A DNA stretch of 64,000 nucleotides from Malassezia furfur. Its lineage: Eukaryota. The position numbers were made by a program, and so were the translations under genes. The stretch is taken from the NCBI GenBank assembly GCA_052055015.1, contig JBQJIT010000011.1; one strand, given 5' to 3'. The notes beneath the pieces are model-generated. The model worked only from the letters and a program-made list of their open reading frames with translations, was not told the origin of the DNA and made no database searches. Numbering within the stretch: position 1 is the stretch's first letter; each line of letters opens with the position of its first letter. Of the stretch, positions 54,010-63,896 are shown one piece after another.

Positions 54010-55398
54010 ATGAAGATCCTGGCGCGTCATATTGAACGCGATGGCAGCGGGAGTGTGTCGGTCACACCCGAATGCGAGTACGTGTACAGCTGACACAGCG
54101 AGGATCTCTACCACTTGTACAACCTAATCCAGCCAGAGGACTTGGTGCGCGCATCGACGGTACGCCGTGTGACGTCTGAATCGTCCACGGGCTCGACGGA
54201 GTCGCACCGGGTACGGATGCAGCTGACCATCTCTGTGTCGAAGCTCGACTTTGAGATGGACGGTGGCATCGGCATGTCGCTTGGAGAGAATCCCGCGGCA
54301 CCGCTTGGGTCTGTCACTGCTCCAGGTAGCGCCAGCGAAGCTAGTTCTGCCGCGTCGACGCCGATGGGTTCCATGGTCTTGGGCGAGGCGGGCACCACCG
54401 CGCCGCCACCGACGCTAAGCGGTGCGACGCAGGGGCATCCTACGCTGCACATTTCCGGCCGTGTAGCGGAGGAGAATCCCAACGTGCGCACGGGCTCCTT
54501 CCATACATTGGACATTGAGATCCAGCGCAAACTCACCATTACCAAGGAGCATTGGGACCAGCACCATCTCGAGGTGCTCGAGGAGAGCGGCGAGGCTGGG
54601 AACACGGCCGAGGTCGGTGCCGTCATCCTCGGCGAAGGCAAGGCGATTGTGTGCCTGATGACCAACAACATGACGCTCGTGCAACAGCGCATCCAAGTGT
54701 CGATGCCGCGCAAGCGCGCGGGTGCCGGCTACGGTGCCGCGGCGAGTGGCGCGGCGAAGACGTCTGAACGCTTCAACGACCAGGTCTACAATGCCGTGGT
54801 CAAGCTCCTGTCGATGCCGTCGATGCGTGTGGTGCTCTTGGCCTCGCCCGGCTTCTGGCGCGAGACGATGTACGACTTTTTGCTGGCGGAAGCGACGCGC
54901 CGGAACGACAAGATCCTGATGGGCTCTGAGGGAAAACGGAAGCTGCTCAAGGTCCACACTGCTACCACGCACGTCCACTCCCTGATGGACGTGCTCAAGT
55001 CACCCGAAGTTATGGCACAGCTTCAAGATACCAAGTTCACCCGGGAGAACCAGGTGCTCGACAAATTCCTTCGCACTCTGTCCAGCGATGACCTGCGCGC
55101 ATGGTATGGCGAGCGCGCAATTGTGCTCGCGGCGTCGCGTGGCGCAATTGGAACGCTACTGCTCTCCGATGCAATGCTGCGCAGCACACACCCGATGCGC
55201 CGGAAGCAGTGGGTAGATCTGTGCGACCAGGTCAAAAGCTTTGGCGGTTCGGTGGTTATTTTCAGCTCGTTGCACGAGAGCGGGCGCCAGCTGAACGGAC
55301 TGGGTGGCGTTGCTGCGCTGCTCACCTACCCACTGGACCTGGACCTGGTCGAGGAGGAGGAAGCCGAAATGGCGCAAGATAGTGCAGCGCAGTCGTAA
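54010..55398 (+). CDS. DOM34: Pelota/Dom34 ribosome rescue factor
   Basis: MKILARHIERDGSGSV..TPEC|DEDLYHLYNLI, GSFHTLDIE, LASPGF, RAWYG, FSSLHESGRQL..LGGVAALL.YP. The 21-nt intron 54078-54098 contains an in-frame TGA. Confidence 0.96.
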
Positions 55399-55407
55399 TC
55401 TATCGAT

Positions 55408-56266
55408 CTAGAACCCATCCTCGGTTGCCGGTGTCATGCCGCGAAACAAGGGCGTAGGCTGTCGACTGGCGTTGCGCATCGACTCACCGCGTCCGTACTG
55501 CCGCTGGGAGCGCTGAGACGGTGCCGGTGCCTCGAAGGCGACCTTGGCGTGCTCGCTGAGTTGGCGCTGTTCGCGCCGCGTCGCGTCGTCCTCGACTTTG
55601 AATAGGTCCGGATTCGCCGCAATTGCGTCTGCGGTCGGCTCCAAGACGCAAACGAGCTCTTTGCCAAACACGGAGAAGCCTGCGTAGGATACGCGCACTT
55701 TGGGCTTCACCTTGACGTCTTCGTCCGAGGCGGGCGACGGTGCGCGCACGGACCCCTCGTCGTCGCTCGCGGGTATAAAGAGAGGTCCCTCGTCGTCGAT
55801 TGGCTCCTCCTTGACAGCTGGCTCGGATGGCTGCGTGCGTGCGGGAATATGTGCATTGGCAGCCGTGTCGTCGTCCAGCGGCACGGTCCCTGAAGGAAAC
55901 TGGAGCGATTTGGACTGGGTTAGGCTGGCGACCTACTTTGAGGAGCACGCTGTGGGACTGGTCTGATGGGCGGAAGTAGAAGAGCAGTTTGAATCCATCT
56001 GTCCCAGAGGGGGATGCTCCCGCCTCACACACCTCGGGCTCGGCGGCATGCGAGGGATCCTGCAGCGCCTGGGCCAAGAGCGTGCGCATGCTGTGTCAGC
56101 ACAACACGTACCGTGGCCGGAGCAACTCGTACACCGCACGGTGCCACATCTCTGGCTTCTCGTTCAGCCATCGAACATGGCGCTGGTCGAGGTATAGCAC
56201 CGTGATGAGGATGGTATGTGCCGAGATGCGCAAGTAGCTCACGTTGCGCACCGAAAACGGCTCCAT
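55408..56266 (-). CDS. Uncharacterised fungal protein (possible SLX4IP/UPF0492-like)
   Basis: Three exons joined by introns 56091-56111 (21 nt, in-frame stop) and 55915-55936 (22 nt). An alternative upstream ATG lies at 56299. Confidence 0.7.
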
Positions 56267-56297
56267 TGTGGAGGTTGTCTGTGCGGAGTGAACAAGC

Positions 56298-57128
56298 ATG
56301 GCAACGTGGGTGCGGCGTGCTGTGCTGACGACGCCTCGGCTGTGCCGTGGCTATGCGTCGGCGCCGCAGCTACCCCGCTTCTACCGATACTGGATAGATG
56401 TGCATGGTCAGCTGTTTCTCTATGACACGGTTCCCAAGAACCTCACTTCGTGCTTCAAGTCCGTGCCTTTTCTCAATTTCTTCTTTGCGCGTGTGCGGCC
56501 GACAGGCACACAGGTACGTGGCAAGCCCGTGGCGGTAGACGCGCCTCACTGGGTCGACGATGCATCAGAGTTGCGCTCCGTGCTGCGGCTCGGGGACGGG
56601 GCCGAGGCGGAGAAGCAGGGCTGGCAGGACCTGTGGGACCGGCTGGGTGCCGAGGAGGTTGCGTGGGTGAGCAAGTGTCAGGGCGAGTGGAATGTGATCC
56701 ATGCCGTTGACACGCCGATCGTGTACCGTGCCTTGTCGAACGAAGGTGCGTATGCGCGGCTGACGCAGGGGTCCTATCGTGGGCGGGCGACTACGAGACG
56801 CCGTTCGACCCCAGCGCGCTGCTGGTGCATCCGTACGTGCGCGCGACTCACACACAGGGAAACGGGCTACTTGTACCATCCGTCGCCTGCCTGTCCGCTG
56901 CGGCGCGCGCCGCCGGACCCGTATGGCAAGTATAGTCTGGTGTCGTCCTATGTGGTGCTGCAGCGCCTCGCGAGTGGGCTGGACATCGACTTGGAGCGTA
57001 CGGATGTGCTGCCGAATGGGCGCCCGTGCGCCGGTACGCTGACGTGGCACGGGCGCACGTACGAGATGGGCGTGCTTGATCCAGCTACAGACCTGACGTA
57101 TCCCCCCCGCCCCGACGTAGCGCACTGA
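56298..57128 (+). CDS. DUF4505/UPF0598 (C8orf82-like) protein, probably mitochondrial
   Basis: YRYWIDVHGQLFLYD..PKNLTSCFKS..FLNFFF.R, SKCQGEWN....DTPIVY, PFDPSALL..PETGYLYHP after removing introns 56746-56768 and 56833-56857. Confidence 0.85.
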   Translation: MATWVRRAVLTTPRLCRGYASAPQLPRFYRYWIDVHGQLFLYDTVPKNLTSCFKSVPFLNFFFARVRPTGTQVRGKPVAVDAPHWVDDASELRSVLRLGDGAEAEKQGWQDLWDRLGAEEVAWVSKCQGEWNVIHAVDTPIVYRALSNEGAYARLTQGSYRGRATTRRRSTPARCWCIRTCARLTHRETGYLYHPSPACPLRRAPPDPYGKYSLVSSYVVLQRLASGLDIDLERTDVLPNGRPCAGTLTWHGRTYEMGVLDPATDLTYPPRPDVAH

Positions 57129-57443
57129 TGCTTGCCTGCTTGTAGGCCGTAACGCCGTACTTCCAGTGGGCCTCGTCGCCCCGCGTGCACGGTCCCTGCG
57201 CGCGCCGCCGCACTTTGCGCGCGTGGGCGGCGCCGAGGCCGCGCGCCGTCCAGCGGTGGAGTGCGGTGCTGCATGGTAGAGTTTATGTACCCCTGCGCAG
57301 ATTTCTGGCACCCGACCCATTTGGGCCAATCGCCGCGTGGCCTGCGCGCGGGGCGTGTGCACGGCGAGCCAACCGCGGAGCGGCGCCAGACTGTCATTGT
57401 CGGGCGCCACCTTGCCTGTTTCCCACCTGCTGGGGTCTTCGCG

Positions 57444-60400
57444 ATGGGCGATTCCGAGGAGCGCGGTCGCCTGGAGCAGATCCGCGCGGCGAAGCGCGCC
57501 TTGCGCAAGTTCCAGCAGCGCCGTGAGCAGGAGCGCGGGAAGCGTGCGTCGCGCACGCTGCGCGCGTCGGTGGTCCTGCAAGGCGGTGCGACGCCGACGC
57601 TGCTCACGCAGTCGTTCAAGGCGTCCAATACAGCGACGTCGTCCGCGCGCGAGTCAGCGCAGCGCGCGACAGACGCGAGCCGCCGGCGGCATTCGCGCAC
57701 CCAGTCGATGCTATCGGACGCAAGCGCAGCCGATGGACGACGCAGCTCGGTGCGCCTGTCGCAGGCGATGCCGCCCCCCAGCGCAGGCGCGGGGGGCAAG
57801 CGCCGCAGCGTGCACGTTCGCAACCCGTCCGTGTCGCTCGGCGCCCAGCTGCCGCCGCCTGCGGGCCGGCGGCCCATGAGCATGATCTTCTCGCACCAAC
57901 CGTCGTCGTCGCTGCAGGGCAGCTCGGCGTCGGCGCAGCGCGACTCGGTGCCGCGCATGTCGATGGCCGATGTGCCCAAGCGGCGGAGCCGGCACTCGCG
58001 CCAGCTGAGCATCTCGACGCGGCGCGAGAGTTTCGAGGTGATGAGCGGGCGCAACCTGGGCGCCGGCACCCGCACGAGTCAACGTGCGTCGCACGCGGGT
58101 CGTGCGTCGGTGCGCTTCTCGGCCCTCGAGGCGGCCTCGGTGCTGTTCCATGCAGGCATGGCACAGAAACCGCTGCCACCCGTGCCGCAGGAGTGGCGCG
58201 CGGGCCTCTGGGACGGCGACACCGACGAGGGCCAGGACCGCGAGAGCGCCCTCGAGAAGCTCGAAGGGCGCGGCGCGGCGCGCGATACGACGCCGCCCGC
58301 GGCGCGGCGTGCGCGCCCGCCATCGTGGCTGCAGCCCAAGCCCGAGGCGACGCACAGCTCGCCGCCCGCCCTCGGCTCGCCGTGGGACGCCGCGCCGCCG
58401 AGCGCGCCGGCCGCGCCCGTCGAAGAGAGCCTCGACACGCTTGTCGAGGAGGACGAGGACGAAAGCGGCTCACGCACGCATGCCCAGGCGGCCGCGCGCA
58501 CCGAGCCGTGCGGCACGCCCGCCGATGCCGTCGAGGCGCTCGTTGCCGAGGCCAAACGCCGGCAGCATGGCGCGGCCGACACTGTGGCCGAGGCAGACAC
58601 GTCGACGGAGTCGAGTCGTGCGTTGCGCCCGCTGCGTCTGAGCAGCCTGAATGCGAGCGGCACACCGCTGCTCGGCACGACGCAGCGCGCGAGTGCTGCG
58701 ATGCCGAAAGCCGTGCGCCGTGCGTCCAACATTTACTACAAGCCGGCGCAAGCGGCGCAGGCGCAGGCGGCGCAAGCGACGCAGGCGGACGCCGCCGCGC
58801 CGCGCGGCCACCATGCGCCGAGCACACGCAGTGCCCAGTCCTCCAACACCTCGTGGCCCCTCACGGACGCGGCGGGCAGTGCGCTGTTTAGCCCCCGCTC
58901 GGCGGCGTCCGACTCGCCCGGTGCGACGAGCATCGAGTCGAGCGACCACACACCGAAGCGCGCGGCGCGGCCGGCGCCGCCCGCGCCCGAGCCCGTGCTG
59001 GCGCGCGTGCAGTCAGAGCTGCACGCGGAGCGCGAGCGCCACCTGCACGAGATCACCGAGCTGCAGCGCGAGGTCGAAGAGGTGCGGCATGTCATGGGCG
59101 CGCAGCTGGCTGGCGTCGCCGGTGCGCGCGACGCGGCCGAGGCGCGCGTCGCGGCGCTCGAGGCGGACACGGCGCAGCTGCGTGAGCGGCTCGAAGAGGC
59201 CGAGGGCGTGCGCGACATGTATGCGGACGATGTCGAAGGCTGGCGGCGGCGGTGCAGCGACCTGGAGCAGACGATCCGCACGCAGCAGCTGCGCTTCAAG
59301 CAGGAGCAGTCGTGGCGCAATGCTGCGATGAAGCGGATGCAGGCGCTGTCGAACCGGCTCAAGACGCACGAGGGCTCGTTTGACTCGACGTCCAGCTCGC
59401 AGCTCGGCCCGCTGAGCAGCGTGTCGAGTGTGTCGTCCACGAGCCTCGCGGACGGCACCTTTGACGGCGTGCCCGAGCTTCCGACGCTGCCCGAGATGCC
59501 CTCGGAAGAGGAGCTTGGCGACTGGTCGACACACGTCGCGCGGCAGCTCTCCAAGCAGGCGCCCGAGGCCGCCGCGCCGCCACAGGACCTCGCGCCCGAG
59601 ACGGTGCACCTGCTCGCGGACATGCGGCAGCAGATCATGGGCCTCTATGCGGAGCTCAAGCTCGAGCAGTCGAACCACGAGCTGACGCGCTCGCAGCTGC
59701 GCGACGCGCAGCAGGCGCATGCCGTGCAGCCCGACGCGTTGGCAGGGGTGGCTTCGCCCGTCACCACCTTTACGCCCGCAGACGTGTCGCAGACGCCCAG
59801 CGCTGCATCGAGCGCCGCGCCGAGCGTCTCGACGCCGCGCTCGCGTGCCTCGTCCGCGTCGCGGCGCCGGCGCCAGGCGTTCCTGCGCGACGACGGCACG
59901 AGTGGCTCACAGAGCACCACACGCTCGTACACCTCGTCGATCGATCCCGCGGAGACCACCGCCGACGTGCTCTTTGCGTCGCACGGCAAGAACCCGTCGC
60001 TCGTGGGCCTCGGCCTCGGGCCGCCCCCGCGCCGCACCGCGGCCGCCGAGCGCTGGGACTCGGTCGATGCGACGCCGCGTCCAGACGCCGTGCGCGCGAC
60101 GCGCGACGAGCCGGCATGGCCCGAGACGAGCCAGGACACTTCGTGGCTCGATGACGACTCGCCGTGGGCCAGTCAGGAGGAGGCTGCGCAGCCGCACGAG
60201 ACGCCGCGCCCGTCGACGGTGCAGGCCGACGCCGCAGCGGCCGCCGCAGCGTCCATTCCGGAGCCGACGCCCGCCGCACCCGCCGCGCCCGCCGAGACGG
60301 CACCTACGCGGCTCGTCTCGGCGCCCCTGCCGCCGCGCACTGCGCCCGAGCCGGGCAAGCGCGCGTCGTCCGCCGCAGGGCCACGGGTCCCGAGTGTGTC

Positions 60401-61796
60401 GGCGGCGCATGCAGTGCGCACGTCGATCGATGCGCTGTTTGGTCCGGCGTCGGTCGATACGCCGCTGCTGTTTGGAGCCAACGAGGAGCCAGCCGAGGCG
60501 GAGCCTGCTGCGCCCGCCCAGTTCGCTGAGCCATGGTCGGCGCCCACCGAGGCCGCCGAGCCAGCCGAGCCCTGCTCGACCGGCGCCGAGCCAGCCGAGC
60601 CCTGGTCGACCGGCGCCGAGCCGTGGTCAGCCCCCGAGGATGACTGGCTGAAGCCCGCCGAGTCTGCCGCGCCTGTGGCGCCCGATGCCCCCCCGCCTGC
60701 CGCGGCCGGCTGGCCAGCCGATGCAACACACGACCCATCTACGACTTCATCTACCGCCGATGCCCCTGCCTCCAACTCGTACGACGGCACCGCCATCGAA
60801 ATTCCCGCGGACCTTACGCAGACGGCCATGCAAAAGAGCCCTGACCTCGAGACCGGCGGCGAGACCGGCGACGAGAGCGCATGGGTCGACGAGGAGGACA
60901 CGCCGACGACGCCCACCTTCCCCCGCCCCGAGTTCATCCCCGAGTGGAGCTTTGAGCAGGCCATGTTTGAAGCGGCACAGGACGTGCGTGTCTACGAACT
61001 GTCCGGCCGCAAGCCGTGCAGCAAGCAGTCGCGGCGCGGCGCGGCGCGTGTGCGTCCGCCGCCCGTGGAAGACTTCTTTGGGATCCTGAACGCGACCGAG
61101 CTCAGGCCCGCGTTGCCACTGCCGAGCTATGCGCTGGACATGCCGCCGGTCGACCTTGCCAAGCTTCAGGCCGCGCCGCCGGTGCGAACCTCGGTGCTGC
61201 GTGCGCAGCCAGCGCGCGGCGTCGCACGCACAGCGCAGGCAATGCTGGGCCGCAGTGCGTATGTCGACGAGGCGGCGCCGGCGCCGTTCAAGGCGGCAAC
61301 CGCTCCGGCGACCTCTGTGGCGATCCCCTTCTCCGACTCGGTGTACGACCCATACGAACCGCCCGTGGTCGAGGAGGAGCGCGTCACGGAGCAGAGCCCG
61401 TTTATGACGCAAATGTTCGCCTCGGTCAAGTCGCCGTGGCTCGCGAGCGAGAAGCCGATCGCCGCGGACGACTGCGAGGCGCAGCTCACGTCGTCACCCG
61501 AGATCCCGATCACGAGTCCGTATACCTCGCCTCCGAGCGACGCGCTCGCATCCGCCTCGCCGTGGCCCACGACGCCACGCACCTCGACCATGGACCGTCT
61601 CGCGCCGTCGATCCCCCCGCCCAGCACCCCTGTGCCGCGCAGCCCCGACGTGCGCCTCGCGTCGCCCAACAGCGCAGGGCAGCGATTCATCCGCCGCGAC
61701 ACCCAGACGCGGATCCCTGTCCCCACGCCCGTGTGGCGCTTAAACTTTTCCCAGACCACTGCGACGCACGAGGCGCGCCCCTGCTTTACGATTTGA
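57444..61796 (+). CDS. Large S/P/A-rich protein with central coiled coils; function unknown (about 1450 aa)
   Basis: Single long ORF from the ATG at 57444. Heptad-rich segments at about 59000-59370 and 59600-59720; otherwise low complexity. Confidence 0.8.
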   Translation: MGDSEERGRLEQIRAAKRALRKFQQRREQERGKRASRTLRASVVLQGGATPTLLTQSFKASNTATSSARESAQRATDASRRRHSRTQSMLSDASAADGRRSSVRLSQAMPPPSAGAGGKRRSVHVRNPSVSLGAQLPPPAGRRPMSMIFSHQPSSSLQGSSASAQRDSVPRMSMADVPKRRSRHSRQLSISTRRESFEVMSGRNLGAGTRTSQRASHAGRASVRFSALEAASVLFHAGMAQKPLPPVPQEWRAGLWDGDTDEGQDRESALEKLEGRGAARDTTPPAARRARPPSWLQPKPEATHSSPPALGSPWDAAPPSAPAAPVEESLDTLVEEDEDESGSRTHAQAAARTEPCGTPADAVEALVAEAKRRQHGAADTVAEADTSTESSRALRPLRLSSLNASGTPLLGTTQRASAAMPKAVRRASNIYYKPAQAAQAQAAQATQADAAAPRGHHAPSTRSAQSSNTSWPLTDAAGSALFSPRSAASDSPGATSIESSDHTPKRAARPAPPAPEPVLARVQSELHAERERHLHEITELQREVEEVRHVMGAQLAGVAGARDAAEARVAALEADTAQLRERLEEAEGVRDMYADDVEGWRRRCSDLEQTIRTQQLRFKQEQSWRNAAMKRMQALSNRLKTHEGSFDSTSSSQLGPLSSVSSVSSTSLADGTFDGVPELPTLPEMPSEEELGDWSTHVARQLSKQAPEAAAPPQDLAPETVHLLADMRQQIMGLYAELKLEQSNHELTRSQLRDAQQAHAVQPDALAGVASPVTTFTPADVSQTPSAASSAAPSVSTPRSRASSASRRRRQAFLRDDGTSGSQSTTRSYTSSIDPAETTADVLFASHGKNPSLVGLGLGPPPRRTAAAERWDSVDATPRPDAVRATRDEPAWPETSQDTSWLDDDSPWASQEEAAQPHETPRPSTVQADAAAAAAASIPEPTPAAPAAPAETAPTRLVSAPLPPRTAPEPGKRASSAAGPRVPSVSAAHAVRTSIDALFGPASVDTPLLFGANEEPAEAEPAAPAQFAEPWSAPTEAAEPAEPCSTGAEPAEPWSTGAEPWSAPEDDWLKPAESAAPVAPDAPPPAAAGWPADATHDPSTTSSTADAPASNSYDGTAIEIPADLTQTAMQKSPDLETGGETGDESAWVDEEDTPTTPTFPRPEFIPEWSFEQAMFEAAQDVRVYELSGRKPCSKQSRRGAARVRPPPVEDFFGILNATELRPALPLPSYALDMPPVDLAKLQAAPPVRTSVLRAQPARGVARTAQAMLGRSAYVDEAAPAPFKAATAPATSVAIPFSDSVYDPYEPPVVEEERVTEQSPFMTQMFASVKSPWLASEKPIAADDCEAQLTSSPEIPITSPYTSPPSDALASASPWPTTPRTSTMDRLAPSIPPPSTPVPRSPDVRLASPNSAGQRFIRRDTQTRIPVPTPVWRLNFSQTTATHEARPCFTI
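60555..60622 (+). repeat. Coding 30-bp tandem repeat (AEPAEP[C/W]STG) x2.3
   Basis: gccgagccagccgagccctg[c/g]tcgaccggc at 60555-60584 and 60585-60614, followed by a partial copy. Confidence 0.85.
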
Positions 61797-61811
61797 CGTA
61801 GCCTAACGAAT

Positions 61812-61851
61812 GCACAGACCACGTGGAGGCGCCCGCCCCGCGACCAGATAA
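61812..61851 (+). promoter_or_regulatory. Duplicated promoter element (E-box plus GATAA), copy 1
   Basis: GCACAGACCACGTGGAGG at 61812-61829 is identical to 63830-63847; GATAA at 61847-61851. Confidence 0.65.
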
Positions 61852-61871
61852 GGCGTTTGCTGCGCGTGACC

Positions 61872-63815
61872 ATGGCCGCAAAGCTCGAGCTGCCCGACCG
61901 CGCACCGACGAGCGCGCCGCCGCCGCGCCGCCGCGCCGCCGCACGCTACCTGATCGCCGGAGTGGCTCTGGCGTTGTATGTATATGCAACGTGTGTGCGC
62001 ACGCACGCGTCTGCAACGTGGCTCGCGCAGGTGCTGGACGACGTCGAGGGCCCACACGGCGTGTGTCCGCAGGTGGCCGAGTACGACCCGACCGATGCGC
62101 TCCAGGGGCGCGACCTTGTGCGCCCGTCGGTACGTGCGTCCGTGGAGCGCCTCAGCCACGCCGTCCAGATCGATACGTCTGTCAGCGACGGCTGGAAGGA
62201 CCCAGACGAGGACCCCGCGCCGTGGAAGATCTTTACGCCCTACGCAGAGTGGTTTGAGCGCAGCTTCCCCACCGTGCACGCACGCGACAGCCCCGTGCGC
62301 CGCGAGAAGATCCACCAGCACGGCCTGCTCTACACGTGGCCCGGCTCGGACCCATCGCTGAAGCCGCTGCTGATCACCGCACACCAGGACGTGGTGCCGG
62401 TGGACGGCTCGACGCTCGACGACTGGGTCTACCCACCGTTCTCGGGTCACGTTGACCTCGAGAACCAGACCGTATGGGGCCGTGGCGCGATCGACTGCAA
62501 GAACTGGCTCCATGGCTCTATGGCGGCAGTCGAGTCGCTGCTGCTCAGCGGCTGGACGCCGCGCCGCACGGTGCTCTTTGCGTACGGGTTTGACGAGGAG
62601 TCGAGCGGGCAGCAGGGCGCACAGCACATTGGCCGCTACCTGCAGGAGCGGTACGGCGACGACAGCATCGCAATGCTGGTCGACGAGGGCACACCCGTGT
62701 ACTCGGTGTCGGATCCCGAGTCGTTTGGCGCACCCATTGCGGCACCGGCCGTCACCGAAAAGGGCATGCTTAACGTCGAGATGGAAGTGCGCAGCAAGGG
62801 CGGGCACTCGTCCATGCCCCCGCCGCACACCTCGATCGGTCTCCTGTCGCGCATCCTGACAATGCTCGAAGACCATCCGTTCCCGGACAAGATCGAGGAG
62901 AAGTCCAAGGCGCACATCCAGTTTCTCCAGTGCATGCGCGACCACCCTGAGATGCCTGACACGCTGCGGCACGCGCTGTACAAGCTCGAGTACGCCGAGC
63001 GCGCGCTCGACAACCGCTTCGCGGCGGGTGCCACGGGCGTTCTGCCGCTGACCGAACGTGTGTTTTTGCATCTCGCGCCGCGTGCACTGAAGCACAGCCG
63101 TGTGGACAAGGCGCGTCAGGGCGTGCTCGACGTGCTCGACTACAACATGCTGTCCCTGCTCAAGACGACCCAGGCGGAAGATGTGATCCACGGCGGCGTC
63201 AAGGTGAACGCGCTGCCGGAGTCGGCTACGGCGCTCATTAACCACCGCATCGCGACCTACTCGCGCATTGCTGACGTCGAGCACCGCTACAAGCGTCTGC
63301 TCACGCCGCTGGCCGAAGAGCTAGGCCTGTCGCTGACCGCGTTCGGCGAGGAACTCGTGCCGCACACCAACGCGTCCATCGGCTCACTCGTCATCGGTCG
63401 TGGCTCGTGGATTGTTGATACGCGCGACCCGTCGCCGTTCGAGGGGCCGGATGCGGGGCCCTGGCGCCTGCTCTCGAGCGTCATCCGCCAGACGTGGCAC
63501 CTCGACGAGCCGCGTCACGAGCTTGGCAAGAGCATGTCCGAGAAGCCGCGCGTCTCGAAACAACACCAGCATCCCGTGCGTGTGACGCCCAACGTAATGT
63601 TCGCCATCACCGACACGCACTGGTACAAGGCGCTGACCAACCAGGTGTTCCGCTTCGCCTCCTTGTCTGTGCACCCCGACCTGACGGGGATGTCGATGTT
63701 CCACACGATGCACACGGTCAACGAGCACGTCTCGATCGATGCCATTGTCAAGGCCGTCGACTTTTACACGAACCTCCTCATCGCCGCCGACCACGAGACG
63801 ATCGAGCATTGGTAG
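61872..63815 (+). CDS. CPS1: Gly-X carboxypeptidase, peptidase M20 (Cps1-like), type II membrane anchor
   Basis: N-terminal TM segment; LKPLLITAHQDVVPV, WGRGAIDCK, GFDEE, VDEG, EKG, GGHSSMPP, IHGGVKVNALPE, NHRI, HTVNE. Confidence 0.92.
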   Translation: MAAKLELPDRAPTSAPPPRRRAAARYLIAGVALALYVYATCVRTHASATWLAQVLDDVEGPHGVCPQVAEYDPTDALQGRDLVRPSVRASVERLSHAVQIDTSVSDGWKDPDEDPAPWKIFTPYAEWFERSFPTVHARDSPVRREKIHQHGLLYTWPGSDPSLKPLLITAHQDVVPVDGSTLDDWVYPPFSGHVDLENQTVWGRGAIDCKNWLHGSMAAVESLLLSGWTPRRTVLFAYGFDEESSGQQGAQHIGRYLQERYGDDSIAMLVDEGTPVYSVSDPESFGAPIAAPAVTEKGMLNVEMEVRSKGGHSSMPPPHTSIGLLSRILTMLEDHPFPDKIEEKSKAHIQFLQCMRDHPEMPDTLRHALYKLEYAERALDNRFAAGATGVLPLTERVFLHLAPRALKHSRVDKARQGVLDVLDYNMLSLLKTTQAEDVIHGGVKVNALPESATALINHRIATYSRIADVEHRYKRLLTPLAEELGLSLTAFGEELVPHTNASIGSLVIGRGSWIVDTRDPSPFEGPDAGPWRLLSSVIRQTWHLDEPRHELGKSMSEKPRVSKQHQHPVRVTPNVMFAITDTHWYKALTNQVFRFASLSVHPDLTGMSMFHTMHTVNEHVSIDAIVKAVDFYTNLLIAADHETIEHW

Positions 63816-63829
63816 AGTCCATAGCCGTC

Positions 63830-63861
63830 GCACAGACCACGTGGAGGAAGACGCGCGATAA
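63830..63861 (+). promoter_or_regulatory. Duplicated promoter element (E-box plus GATAA), copy 2
   Basis: GCACAGACCACGTGGAGG at 63830-63847; GATAA at 63857-63861. Confidence 0.65.
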
Positions 63862-63896
63862 CGCCGGGCGCTAATCTTAATCCTGTTCTCGCCGTC

